Source of the DNA: Waterburya sp.
GTDB taxonomy: Bacteria > Cyanobacteriota > Cyanobacteriia > Cyanobacteriales > Xenococcaceae
NCBI GenBank assembly: GCA_965217895.1
Contig: CBDCJV010000002.1
Location: 3,648,001 to 3,712,000 of the forward strand
Direction of reading: 5' to 3'
Length of the DNA stretch: 64,000 nt
Part shown: piece by piece, positions 12,742 through 21,818 of the stretch
How the letters are laid out: every line of letters starts with the position of its first letter
Position numbering within the stretch: the first letter of the stretch is position 1
Program-made: the position numbers and the translations under genes
The notes under the pieces: model-generated
The model's database searches: none
Told to the model about the DNA's origin: nothing
The model's input: the letters and a program-made list of their open reading frames with translations, nothing else

Positions 12742-14172
12742 ATGAAACCAGGATTAAACACGTCTCACTTTCATAAAGTTTGTGAAAACGGCTTTGGAGA
12801 TGGCAATAATGCGTATGCCCATTCAATGACTTGGTTTGGCAAACACCTTTACGTAGGAACGACTCGCGCCAATTTATGCCTAATTCGATTTAATAAGTGG
12901 AAAAAAAAAGTAGCCATTGGCGTATGGCCAGTTGAATGCCCCTATGCAATGCATTCAAAAGAGTTTGAATATCTGCAAGCAAGAGCAGAAATTTGGCGGT
13001 TTGACCCCCTACAAAAAACATGGGAAAGAGTATTTCAAGCACCGATTATTGTTGGCAAAACTGGAGATGAGTTGAGTCGAGAAGTTGGCTATCGATGTAT
13101 GACCGTGTTTCGCGGTATCTCCGATCAAAAACCAGCTCTCTATGTGAGCAACTGGGCGCGATTACGGGGAGATGGACCACAAATTCTGCGTTCAGAGGAT
13201 GGAAAGTCATTTTTTCCGTCTTCTAAAATTGATTTACCTGTTTCAAGCTTTCGCGTACTAGTTCCTTTCAAAGGAAGATTATTTACAGCTCCCACGGGAA
13301 CGTTTGGGGATCCTAATATGTCTCATGCCACGGTTGTATTAGAAAATCCAGATCCAATTAAAGAAAATTGGCAACCTGTAAGCGAGTCGAGTTTTGGCGA
13401 CCCAAATAACTTAACTATTTTTGAAATGAAGGGATTTGGCGATCATTTATATGCAGGAACTGTCAATATAAGCGGTATGCAGGTTTGGCGAACTAAAGCA
13501 GAAGGCAAGCCACCCTACAAATGGGAACAGTGTATTAACCAGGGTGCAGGTCGTGGCAGTTTAAATGAAATTACAACTAGTATGTCGGTCTTTAAGAAGG
13601 CACTTTATATTGGAACTGGCATTCAAAATGGTGGATACGACCAAGTTAATGAGATTGGTCCTGCTGGAGGCGAAATTATTCGGATCAATCATGATGGTTC
13701 ATGGGATTTGATAGTTGGAGATATTCGTCCCGATGGTCGGCGACCAATAAGCGGATTGCCAGCAGGTTTTGGCAATGTTTGCAATGGCTATATCTGGAAA
13801 ATGGGCGTTCATAATGGCTGGTTATATGTGGGTACTATGGAATGGAGTGTATTTATGAGATATATTTCTCTAGATGATAAACCTCAAAAAGCAATTAATA
13901 TTATCGAGAAAGTTGGAGTTGAAAATATACTCGAAAATCAAGCAGGATTTGAGTTGTGGAGAACTAGTGATGGTGAAAACTGGCTTCCAGTCACTCGACA
14001 AGGATTTGGGAATTATTACAACTATGGTGTGAGAAATATTGTTTCTACGCCATACGGTCTATTTATCGGCACTGCCAATCCTTTTGGTCCTAAAGTTGCA
14101 GTTCAAAATAATGGCAAATGGACATATGAGCCTAATCCAGATGGAGGTCTAGAAGTTTGGCAGGGAATTTGA
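12742..14172 (+). CDS. Hypothetical beta-propeller repeat protein (no signal peptide)
   Basis: Five (G/S)(F/A)G(D/N/R)xxN...(F/H)xxxL(Y/F)xGT-like repeats and Asp-box-like RSEDGKSF and RTSDGENW. Confidence 0.8.
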   Translation: MKPGLNTSHFHKVCENGFGDGNNAYAHSMTWFGKHLYVGTTRANLCLIRFNKWKKKVAIGVWPVECPYAMHSKEFEYLQARAEIWRFDPLQKTWERVFQAPIIVGKTGDELSREVGYRCMTVFRGISDQKPALYVSNWARLRGDGPQILRSEDGKSFFPSSKIDLPVSSFRVLVPFKGRLFTAPTGTFGDPNMSHATVVLENPDPIKENWQPVSESSFGDPNNLTIFEMKGFGDHLYAGTVNISGMQVWRTKAEGKPPYKWEQCINQGAGRGSLNEITTSMSVFKKALYIGTGIQNGGYDQVNEIGPAGGEIIRINHDGSWDLIVGDIRPDGRRPISGLPAGFGNVCNGYIWKMGVHNGWLYVGTMEWSVFMRYISLDDKPQKAINIIEKVGVENILENQAGFELWRTSDGENWLPVTRQGFGNYYNYGVRNIVSTPYGLFIGTANPFGPKVAVQNNGKWTYEPNPDGGLEVWQGI

Positions 14173-14367
14173 ATAAACTTAGAGATTTTTAAAAATTGTT
14201 TAAAAAGGCGATCGCGTCATTTGTCATTGAATAGGAGATAGGAGAACAAGCTAGGTTTTCTTTGGGAAAATAATTAAGACTTTGAAATTTGAGATTTTAC
14301 TGGTATAGTTCTTCCAAAATTAGATATGTCAATCAGTAAAAATTTTTATAACTAGAGATTTACACCT

Positions 14368-15708
14368 ATGCAGCTTTCCTCAACTCAAATTCAGGAACAG
14401 ACTATTGCTATTGTTGATGAATTTACAGAAGATTGGGATCTCGATATTGACGATAGTGTAACTTTGCAAACCCAATTAATTGAAGATCTTCAATTTGGCT
14501 CTCTTGATTTTGTCCGTTTAGTAGTAGTTATCGAAGATGAATTTCAACAAAAAATTGGCTTTCAAAATCTACTTTTGCAAGATGGCGAATATATTGATGA
14601 CCTGAGTATTTTGCAGCTTACCGAGTTTATAGAACACCAGCTCAACTCCAATAGCCAGCAAATTGTCGATAGTCCGATTCCGAAGAAAAAAACTAACAAT
14701 CTAGATATTGTCAAAACTCATATTGATACGGAGAAAATGGCTAAATTTTCCCAAGCTATTGAGACCCGAATTAATCAGCTTCAGACAGCCTTACCTTACA
14801 AATCTATTTCTCCCAATACAGTCAATAAAAATCCTCAAGCTATTTTTATTCTTTCCCCTCCTCGTTCTGGTTCTACTTTGCTAAGAGTAATGTTTGCTGG
14901 ACATTCTCAACTTTTTTCTCCCCCAGAGCTACACTTGCTTTCTTACCAAACTCTTGCACAGCGAAAACTTGCTCTTAGCGATGATACTAACGGTCATCTT
15001 TTAAAAGGAGCAATACGCGCCGTTATGGAGCTTAAAAAGATCAGTGCCGAAGAAGCTCAGGACTTCATTGAGCAATATGAAAGACAAAATTTAAGTACGC
15101 CAGAATTTTATAAAATTTTGCAGCAGTTGCTAGTTAATCAGACCCTTGTAGACAAAACTCCTACTTATCCATCTCACATAGATATTCTAAGACAAGCCGA
15201 AGAAATCTTTGAACGCCCTTTATATATTCATCTTCTACGTCATCCCTGTGGCATGATTTCTTCCTACACAGAAGCTAAGTTGGAGAAAATATTACCGATC
15301 ATGAAAAATATTGACTTGGAACGGACAGAAATTGCAGAATTAACTTGGCTGATTAGCCAAAAGAACATCTGCAAATTCTTAAAAGAGATACCGAATCAAC
15401 GACAAATTCAAGTCAAATTTGAGGATCTCGTTCGGATACCAGAACAAAGTCTTAGTCGGTTATGTCGGTTCATGAATATTGAACTTGAGTCTGATATGCT
15501 CGAACCCTACAAAGAGAAAAAACAACGTATGACAGATGGCGTTACCCAAGTGTCAGAAATGAGTGGAGATCTTAAATTTCATTTGAGACAGGGAATTGAA
15601 TCTAGTGCAGCCGATGCCTGGAAAAAATCCTACAGTGAAGAGTATCTGAGTCAAGAGACTGTGACAATGGCTCAAGAACTTGGCTATGATCTTAACCTGA
15701 TTTTATAG
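14368..15708 (+). CDS. Acyl-carrier-protein / sulfotransferase didomain protein (CurM/OLS-type ST)
   Basis: N-terminal acidic ACP with DLQFGSLDFVRL (Ser at the Ppant position); ST motifs IFILSPPRSGSTLLRVM, FSPPELHLL, VDKTPTY, RHP, FEDLV, RMTDG. Confidence 0.9.
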   Translation: MQLSSTQIQEQTIAIVDEFTEDWDLDIDDSVTLQTQLIEDLQFGSLDFVRLVVVIEDEFQQKIGFQNLLLQDGEYIDDLSILQLTEFIEHQLNSNSQQIVDSPIPKKKTNNLDIVKTHIDTEKMAKFSQAIETRINQLQTALPYKSISPNTVNKNPQAIFILSPPRSGSTLLRVMFAGHSQLFSPPELHLLSYQTLAQRKLALSDDTNGHLLKGAIRAVMELKKISAEEAQDFIEQYERQNLSTPEFYKILQQLLVNQTLVDKTPTYPSHIDILRQAEEIFERPLYIHLLRHPCGMISSYTEAKLEKILPIMKNIDLERTEIAELTWLISQKNICKFLKEIPNQRQIQVKFEDLVRIPEQSLSRLCRFMNIELESDMLEPYKEKKQRMTDGVTQVSEMSGDLKFHLRQGIESSAADAWKKSYSEEYLSQETVTMAQELGYDLNLIL

Positions 15709-15881
15709 GCTTTATTAAATTTTTGAAAATGTTGAGGCAAGAAATGTCAAAAATTGGCAGTAGTTGGCGAAGGCGATCGCTTTTTCTCAATTTTTCTCAA
15801 TCAAGGCTTAATTCTCACCTTTTTATCTCTATCTTTTGTTAATTATTAAGCTTAATCAGAGAAATATCTAATTTATCCAGT

Positions 15882-16865
15882 ATGTCAATAAAATATGGTT
15901 CTTATGAGGTCGAAGAAATTGATCGCCTCTGGCTTGAAATAAATGACCATGATTGTCTTCCTCTCAAAATATATTCTTGTAAAGGCTCGGGAACTTTTCC
16001 AGTAATTATTTTTTCTCATGGAGCAGGAGCTTCAGAAGATTCTTATAGATATTTAGGCTACTTTTGGTCTAGTCATGGATATATATGCGTTCATCCGTTT
16101 CACAGGGATGTAGATCCAGAGAAAGCAGAAAAAGGCAAGAAAAGAAGCTTTTTGAAACTTATGGGTCAGGTTTTAACCGATCATAAATTATGGATTAAGC
16201 GAACTTCGGAGATTTCTTTGATTATTGATTCTCTATCCTGTTTAGGAGAAAAAGATACTAGGTTAATAGGAAAGTTGGATATTGAGAATATTGGAGTTGC
16301 AGGTCATTCTTTTGGGGCTTATACCGCTCAACTTTTAGGAGGAGCAAAAATCAATATTCCTGGGTTTCCTGAAAAAAAAAGTTTTCTGGATCAACGCATC
16401 AGTTCTCTAGTTTTGCTTTCGCCTCAAGGTAAAGGACAACAAGGTTTAAACGAATCATCATGGGATTCGATGACACTACCGTTTATGATCATAACAGGAA
16501 CGCTCGACAAGAACTTTGCTGGAAAAGGGGCGCAGTGGCGCAGAGAACCTTTTGATTTTGCACCGCCTAAAGATAAATATTTTGTCCTCTTGGAAGGAGC
16601 AGAACATTTTTCCTTTAACGGAAGAGGACTTGAAAAAATGTTGCCCAAACCATCTAATATTAAATGTGATTCAGACTTTAAAGGGCAGCTCAATTCAAAT
16701 TTAAGACGTGATGATCTCGAAATAATAATATCTGAAAAAGTTCAAAATCTTAGTCTTGCATTTTGGAATTTATACTTAAAAAAGGATAATTTAGGTCAGA
16801 TATATCTTAACAAGATTGCCAATGAAAAAGATGAATCTGAGGGAACATGGTTATCTATTAAATAA
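15882..16865 (+). CDS. Alpha/beta hydrolase (PAF-AH/dienelactone-hydrolase-like), cytoplasmic
   Basis: PVIIFSHGAG, GHSFG nucleophile elbow, TGTLD, AEHFSF. Confidence 0.88.
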   Translation: MSIKYGSYEVEEIDRLWLEINDHDCLPLKIYSCKGSGTFPVIIFSHGAGASEDSYRYLGYFWSSHGYICVHPFHRDVDPEKAEKGKKRSFLKLMGQVLTDHKLWIKRTSEISLIIDSLSCLGEKDTRLIGKLDIENIGVAGHSFGAYTAQLLGGAKINIPGFPEKKSFLDQRISSLVLLSPQGKGQQGLNESSWDSMTLPFMIITGTLDKNFAGKGAQWRREPFDFAPPKDKYFVLLEGAEHFSFNGRGLEKMLPKPSNIKCDSDFKGQLNSNLRRDDLEIIISEKVQNLSLAFWNLYLKKDNLGQIYLNKIANEKDESEGTWLSIK

Positions 16866-17003
16866 ATATAAAAGATAAAAGTTAAGTGCAAAAAATATTT
16901 TTTACATTTTTATTTTATAGTCATTTCAATTAATCTTAGAGATGGTAGTTTTGGATTAAAAAAAGGTCTAATACAATTTTTCACTTTAAAACTGTAGTCA
17001 GCT

Positions 17004-17912
17004 ATGAGAAAATTTAAATTTAGAAATAGAACAATATCAGATGTAGATAACTTTAAAAAGTTACAGTTGAGTTATAGCCTGTCGGTACAAGGACGTTTTG
17101 ATGAAGCATTATCTGAGCTTCTCGATGTTTATGATAATAAAGAATCTTTGACTCACAAAACATCGGTATACATTAATTTAGCACTAGGAAATATTTATTA
17201 TCTCCGACAGAGATATGATGAAGCTACAGAACACTATAATACGCTTTGTCAACTAGATCCTTTAAATACTATAGGTTATGTAAATATTGGCAATTGCTTT
17301 CTCAATATGAGAAGATTTAATGATGCTTTGGAACAGTTCAAAATAGCACTTGAAATAGAGCCTGAGTTTGTTCCCGTTCATATGGGACTTGGGCGAGTTT
17401 TTATGAAGCGTTGTCAGCATGAAACAGCCATCACTTACTTTAATAAAGTTTTATCACTGGATTCTGAAGAAGTTGCTGCATACATTTTATTAGCGCAAAT
17501 ATATAGAGAAAAAGCATATTTCAAGGAAGCTTTAATTTGTCTAGAAACTGCTCTTAAGATTAAGCCAAAAATGTTACTAGGATATATCTGGTTAGGTCAT
17601 ATATACTTGGCTCTAAAAGAATTTCCTTTAGCTGAACAAGCCTTTAAAACGGCTCTCAAATTAAATCCACTTTCTGTTGATGCCAAGCGTGGTCTGGCAG
17701 ATGTTTTAATCGCTATGACTCATTTTCAAGAAGCGATGGATCTTATTGATGAAATACCACAATTAAGTAAACTTGCAAATAATAAAGCTGAATATTTAGG
17801 ATTGGAATTGGCATTAGCTACTCAGAATAATCGATTTAATGAAAGCTGCTTTCTTGACCTGTGGATGTATTCATGTGCTTTAGAAAAACAAATTGAATTT
17901 TTGACTACATAA
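17004..17912 (+). CDS. Tetratricopeptide repeat protein
   Basis: Several 34-aa repeats (LGNIYY...YDEA, IGNCFL...FNDA, LGRVF..., LGHIY...). Confidence 0.9.
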   Translation: MRKFKFRNRTISDVDNFKKLQLSYSLSVQGRFDEALSELLDVYDNKESLTHKTSVYINLALGNIYYLRQRYDEATEHYNTLCQLDPLNTIGYVNIGNCFLNMRRFNDALEQFKIALEIEPEFVPVHMGLGRVFMKRCQHETAITYFNKVLSLDSEEVAAYILLAQIYREKAYFKEALICLETALKIKPKMLLGYIWLGHIYLALKEFPLAEQAFKTALKLNPLSVDAKRGLADVLIAMTHFQEAMDLIDEIPQLSKLANNKAEYLGLELALATQNNRFNESCFLDLWMYSCALEKQIEFLTT

Positions 17913-18114
17913 CAAATTTATATTTTTAAAACATTAATAGCTCTTCAAAAGTAGTCAGTCGTGCTAATATCATCATTTCTTAGTACATTTATGCCATTGT
18001 TAACCTTTTCTAAGTCCTAAGTTAATTTTAAGAATTGATCCTAAAATTAAGCTTAAATCTTGTATATCAAAATGAAATATAGTACTATGCAATTTAAGCT
18101 TTGGGAGAAAAATT

Positions 18115-18981
18115 GTGAGCATTGAAACGCAAACAGGCAAATATCAATTAACACAGGCTCAGTTAGACTCATTCCACAAAAAAGGTTTTACTGAAATTTT
18201 TCAACTGTGCAAGCCAGATGAAATGGCAAAAATTAGAGCTAAGATCAATTCGGAAGTGATAAATACACCTTCTGATATTTATGGTTTTGATACAGGAAGG
18301 GATCGCCACCTTGACCGCAGGGTTATTTATGATTTAATCACCCATCCAGCGATCGCCGAGCGTGCTGCTCAAATTTTGGGAGAAGATTTATATATCTGGC
18401 GTTCAAACTTTTTTTTCAAACCCCCTGGAGCTCCAGAAACAGCTTGGCATCAAACCAATGTATTTAAAGAGTTTGTTGACCATCCTATTCTTGAGCCACC
18501 AGACTCTAATTCATTATTTCAGCTAACAGTCTGGATTGCTATTGATGAAGCCAATCTAAAAAATGGTTGCGTGCAGCTCGTTCCAGGAACTCACCGCGAA
18601 TTAGCTCCCGTCATCAAAACCGATGAAGAAGTTAAGGGGGATGATAAGTATGGATTCGATCAGCAAGGATTCTTTGGATATAATCTCAAACGAGAGGTTG
18701 CCTTTGACACCAAAGACATAGTAAACATGGAGTGTAAACCAGGGGAGTTTTTTATATTTACTCAACGCACTATGCATGGCTCTCCCCCAAATACTACTGA
18801 TAAATCTCGACTAGCAATTAATTGTCGTATTATTCAAGATAATGTAAAGGCTTACCATCACTTCTTGCCTGAAAATAAAATAGAACATTATGGGCTAACT
18901 TTCGACCTGAGTAAGTGGGGATGTGTCTTATTACATGGAGAAGATCGTCTCAAAAACAATAAAATAGCACTCAGACCATAA
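18115..18981 (+). CDS. SyrB2/CmaB-like non-heme Fe(II)/2OG enzyme (possible halogenase)
   Basis: DRHLD, WRSNFFFKPPG, WHQT, LTVWIAIDEA, NGCVQLVPGTH, GFFGY, MHGS and the C-terminal IEHYG...LSKWG all parallel SyrB2 as recalled; GTG start with GGGAG RBS. Confidence 0.85.
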   Translation: MSIETQTGKYQLTQAQLDSFHKKGFTEIFQLCKPDEMAKIRAKINSEVINTPSDIYGFDTGRDRHLDRRVIYDLITHPAIAERAAQILGEDLYIWRSNFFFKPPGAPETAWHQTNVFKEFVDHPILEPPDSNSLFQLTVWIAIDEANLKNGCVQLVPGTHRELAPVIKTDEEVKGDDKYGFDQQGFFGYNLKREVAFDTKDIVNMECKPGEFFIFTQRTMHGSPPNTTDKSRLAINCRIIQDNVKAYHHFLPENKIEHYGLTFDLSKWGCVLLHGEDRLKNNKIALRP

Positions 18982-19369
18982 AAATCGCCTTAACTTTTAC
19001 TGGATTATTTGGTCTTTCTCTAGTAAACAAAATTACCAATACATACAACATTTACCAAAGGTTATTATTTGTCATTTCAATTGTCTCTTTGAGTTTATTT
19101 CGCAGCATTTTTCCGTAACCCTTGAGTATGTAGCAATACGTACTTATATTAGGACACTTGTTACTTACGAGCAGTTCATTTTTCTGTCCTGTCTTGGTGC
19201 GCGTACATGCGGCTAAAGCCTTTGTCTTGCGCCTGTCGGCGATGCGGGGTCGCACCGCTAACCAGTCAACATACTGCGATATAGCTGGTTATTCAGGCTC
19301 AATTAATTGTCAGTGTAGGCGATCGCCTCTGATGATCGAGAAGCTATTTGTTTATCTTATATTGGAGGT

Positions 19370-20269
19370 TTGATGCTGACTCTTACACATACACCTTTTA
19401 CAAAAACCTTTGGAATTGTTATCAGTAGTGATAAGAAAGATTCTATATTTGACCTTAATCGAGACAAAATTACTGAATTATTAGATAATTTTCATTTTGT
19501 TTTTTTCCGTGGATTCAATCTAGATACCGAAGCGTTCACTAAATTTAGCGATCGCTTTAGTCATAAATTTATTGGTTACAGTGGCGGAGCTTATAGCCGT
19601 GAGACAATTAACGACAATGCAACCCTTTTATCAGTTACGGGAAACGACCTTCATCTAGTACCAGCACACGGCGAAATGTACTATGTGAATTCTCGACCAG
19701 ATCTACTCTGGTTTTACTGTGCAACGCCAGCAGACCAGGGAGGACAAACAACAGTTTATGATGCTCGTCAAATATATGAAGAATTGAGTCAAGAAACTCA
19801 AAAATTATTTCACTCTCAACGTTTAAAGTATGTCAGAAATTATCCCAATGGATTCTGGCAAAAAATTTATCAAACCGAAAAACTAGAAACTGCCGAAACT
19901 GCCTGCCGACAGAGTGGACTGAGTTTTACTGCTAACTGCGATCAATCCATTACAACTGAATATATCTGCTCTGCTTTTGTCGAAAATTTCTCGGAAAAGA
20001 GTTATCTATTTCTCAACAATATTTTACCAGTTTTAGAGATTGAGAGCCTGGGACTAACTTACAATTTGGTAAGACTCGAAAATGGCAAGGAAATTCCTGA
20101 AGAAGTAAAGGAAGATTTAAGAACAGTTACGCAGCGTTTAGCAATACCAATTCCCTGGCAGAAAGGTGATGTGGCGATGATCGACAATACCAGATTGCTC
20201 CATGGCAGATTGCCATTCAATGATAAAAATCGCCAAATCTACGTCAGAATGGCAAAATTATTGCCATAA
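19370..20269 (+). CDS. TauD/TfdA (SyrP-like) Fe(II)/2OG dioxygenase
   Basis: FFRGF, HGEMYY (HxE), LWFYC, GGQT, WQKGDVAMIDNTRLLHGR. Confidence 0.9.
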   Translation: MMLTLTHTPFTKTFGIVISSDKKDSIFDLNRDKITELLDNFHFVFFRGFNLDTEAFTKFSDRFSHKFIGYSGGAYSRETINDNATLLSVTGNDLHLVPAHGEMYYVNSRPDLLWFYCATPADQGGQTTVYDARQIYEELSQETQKLFHSQRLKYVRNYPNGFWQKIYQTEKLETAETACRQSGLSFTANCDQSITTEYICSAFVENFSEKSYLFLNNILPVLEIESLGLTYNLVRLENGKEIPEEVKEDLRTVTQRLAIPIPWQKGDVAMIDNTRLLHGRLPFNDKNRQIYVRMAKLLP

Positions 20270-20525
20270 CAAGCAGCAGGTACATCAGCTGGCTTATGGT
20301 TGCAATTTATACCATCGCAGAGAAAGGACTTGTCCGCATCTGGCGAAGGAGCAGGAGAGCAAAGGGGGAAAAGATTATTTCTATCTATCTAGCTACTTTT
20401 GAGAAATGGTATTATATCTAAAATCTGAAAACCTACTTTAAAACTTAGGATCTCAAACAGCTTTTAAACCTTGTGTCTTCTGCCTTCATACAGCTTTTAA
20501 ATAACATATCCCAACAGGATTTAGT

Positions 20526-21809
20526 ATGAAACCTTTATTTAAATCGATTGCGCAACGCAAATCTTATCTTTCTCTCCCCATATTACTGTTGCTTTTTGGT
20601 AGTTTAACTGCTTGTTCCTCTGCAACTCTCAGTAGTCCTAGTCCTACCCTAGCTGATTCTGACAATTCTGCTTTGCACTCTAATTCTACTAATTCAAACT
20701 CTCATCCTACCGATGTAAAATATATGGCTTCCACCTCTAGATACCAACCAGAGTCTGCTAAATATCAAGTTGAAAATGCAGATAACCTTTCTCTAACTAC
20801 TCCCAGCGGTAGAAAATTACCTCTCAAAGTTTATTATCCTCAGGCGCAAGGAAAATTCCCCGTTATTATCTTTTCTCATGGCGCAGCAGGCTCAAAAGAT
20901 TTTTATTCCCTCTTAGGTAGTTTTTGGGCAAGCAATGGATATGTTGTTATACACCCGACTCATGCTGACTCTGTTTTTCTACCTGGTGGGCAATTTACTC
21001 CAGAAAATAAAGATGAATTGGTTGATTATACTCTGAAAACTCCTCAAGCCTGGAAAGAACGGGCAGCAGATATTTCTCAGATTATTGATTCGCTAGATGA
21101 GATAACGAACCAAGCACCTGAACTGCGGGGAAAACTCGATGCTCAGCATATTGGAGTAGGTGGTCATTCATACGGTGCTTATACTACTCAATTAATAGGA
21201 GGAGCAACTATTAATATTCCCAACGGCCCTAAAAATCAAAGTTATGCTGATAAGCGCGTCAAGGCTTTACTAATGCTTTCTCCTCAAGGCAGAGGACAAC
21301 AAGGTCTGAATGACTCGTCTTGGAAATCAATGACCTTACCCGCTATGTTTATGACTGGTAGCAAAGACATGGGGGCAACCACAGGAGAAGGGCCAGATTG
21401 GCGACAAGAGCCATTTAAATTTGTTCCCCCAGGGGATAAATACCTGCTATTTATCCAAGATGCCAATCATCTTTCATTTAGTGGTCGCTTAACAGGCGAG
21501 GAAGGGGCAGTTCCTTCATCTGCTAATAACAATAATAATCGGGGCAATAATAATCGGAATGACGATCGGGGCAATAATAGTAATGCTGGAGGAAAACTAA
21601 GGGAACGAATTCGTGAACAACTGATAAAGCGTCGTGTTGAACAAAAATTTGGCAGTGGCGATCAAAAGGCGATATTTGGCTATGTCAAAGTTGGTAGCTT
21701 AGCGTTTTGGGATGCCTATCTTAAAAATGATGCAGCTGCTAAAAGGTATTTGACAGACAAAACTCTCGAATCATCTAGTGATGGTGAGGTCACTGAAAGT
21801 ATACGATAA
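20526..21809 (+). CDS. Alpha/beta hydrolase lipoprotein, paralog of 15882..16865
   Basis: Signal peptide with lipobox LTAC; PVIIFSHGAAG, GHSYG, LSPQGRGQQGLN; Asn-rich insertion. Confidence 0.88.
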   Translation: MKPLFKSIAQRKSYLSLPILLLLFGSLTACSSATLSSPSPTLADSDNSALHSNSTNSNSHPTDVKYMASTSRYQPESAKYQVENADNLSLTTPSGRKLPLKVYYPQAQGKFPVIIFSHGAAGSKDFYSLLGSFWASNGYVVIHPTHADSVFLPGGQFTPENKDELVDYTLKTPQAWKERAADISQIIDSLDEITNQAPELRGKLDAQHIGVGGHSYGAYTTQLIGGATINIPNGPKNQSYADKRVKALLMLSPQGRGQQGLNDSSWKSMTLPAMFMTGSKDMGATTGEGPDWRQEPFKFVPPGDKYLLFIQDANHLSFSGRLTGEEGAVPSSANNNNNRGNNNRNDDRGNNSNAGGKLRERIREQLIKRRVEQKFGSGDQKAIFGYVKVGSLAFWDAYLKNDAAAKRYLTDKTLESSSDGEVTESIR

Positions 21810-21818
21810 GCAATTTTT

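Noticed and set aside
14368..15708. Olefin synthase (ols) gene
   Set aside because: No FAAL, KS, AT, KR or fused TE domains; only ACP-ST.
20308..20412. Possible MITE (ATACCAT...ATGGTAT) and overlapping 66-aa ORF
   Set aside because: Inverted repeat only 7 bp; ORF overlaps the dioxygenase end and has no motifs.
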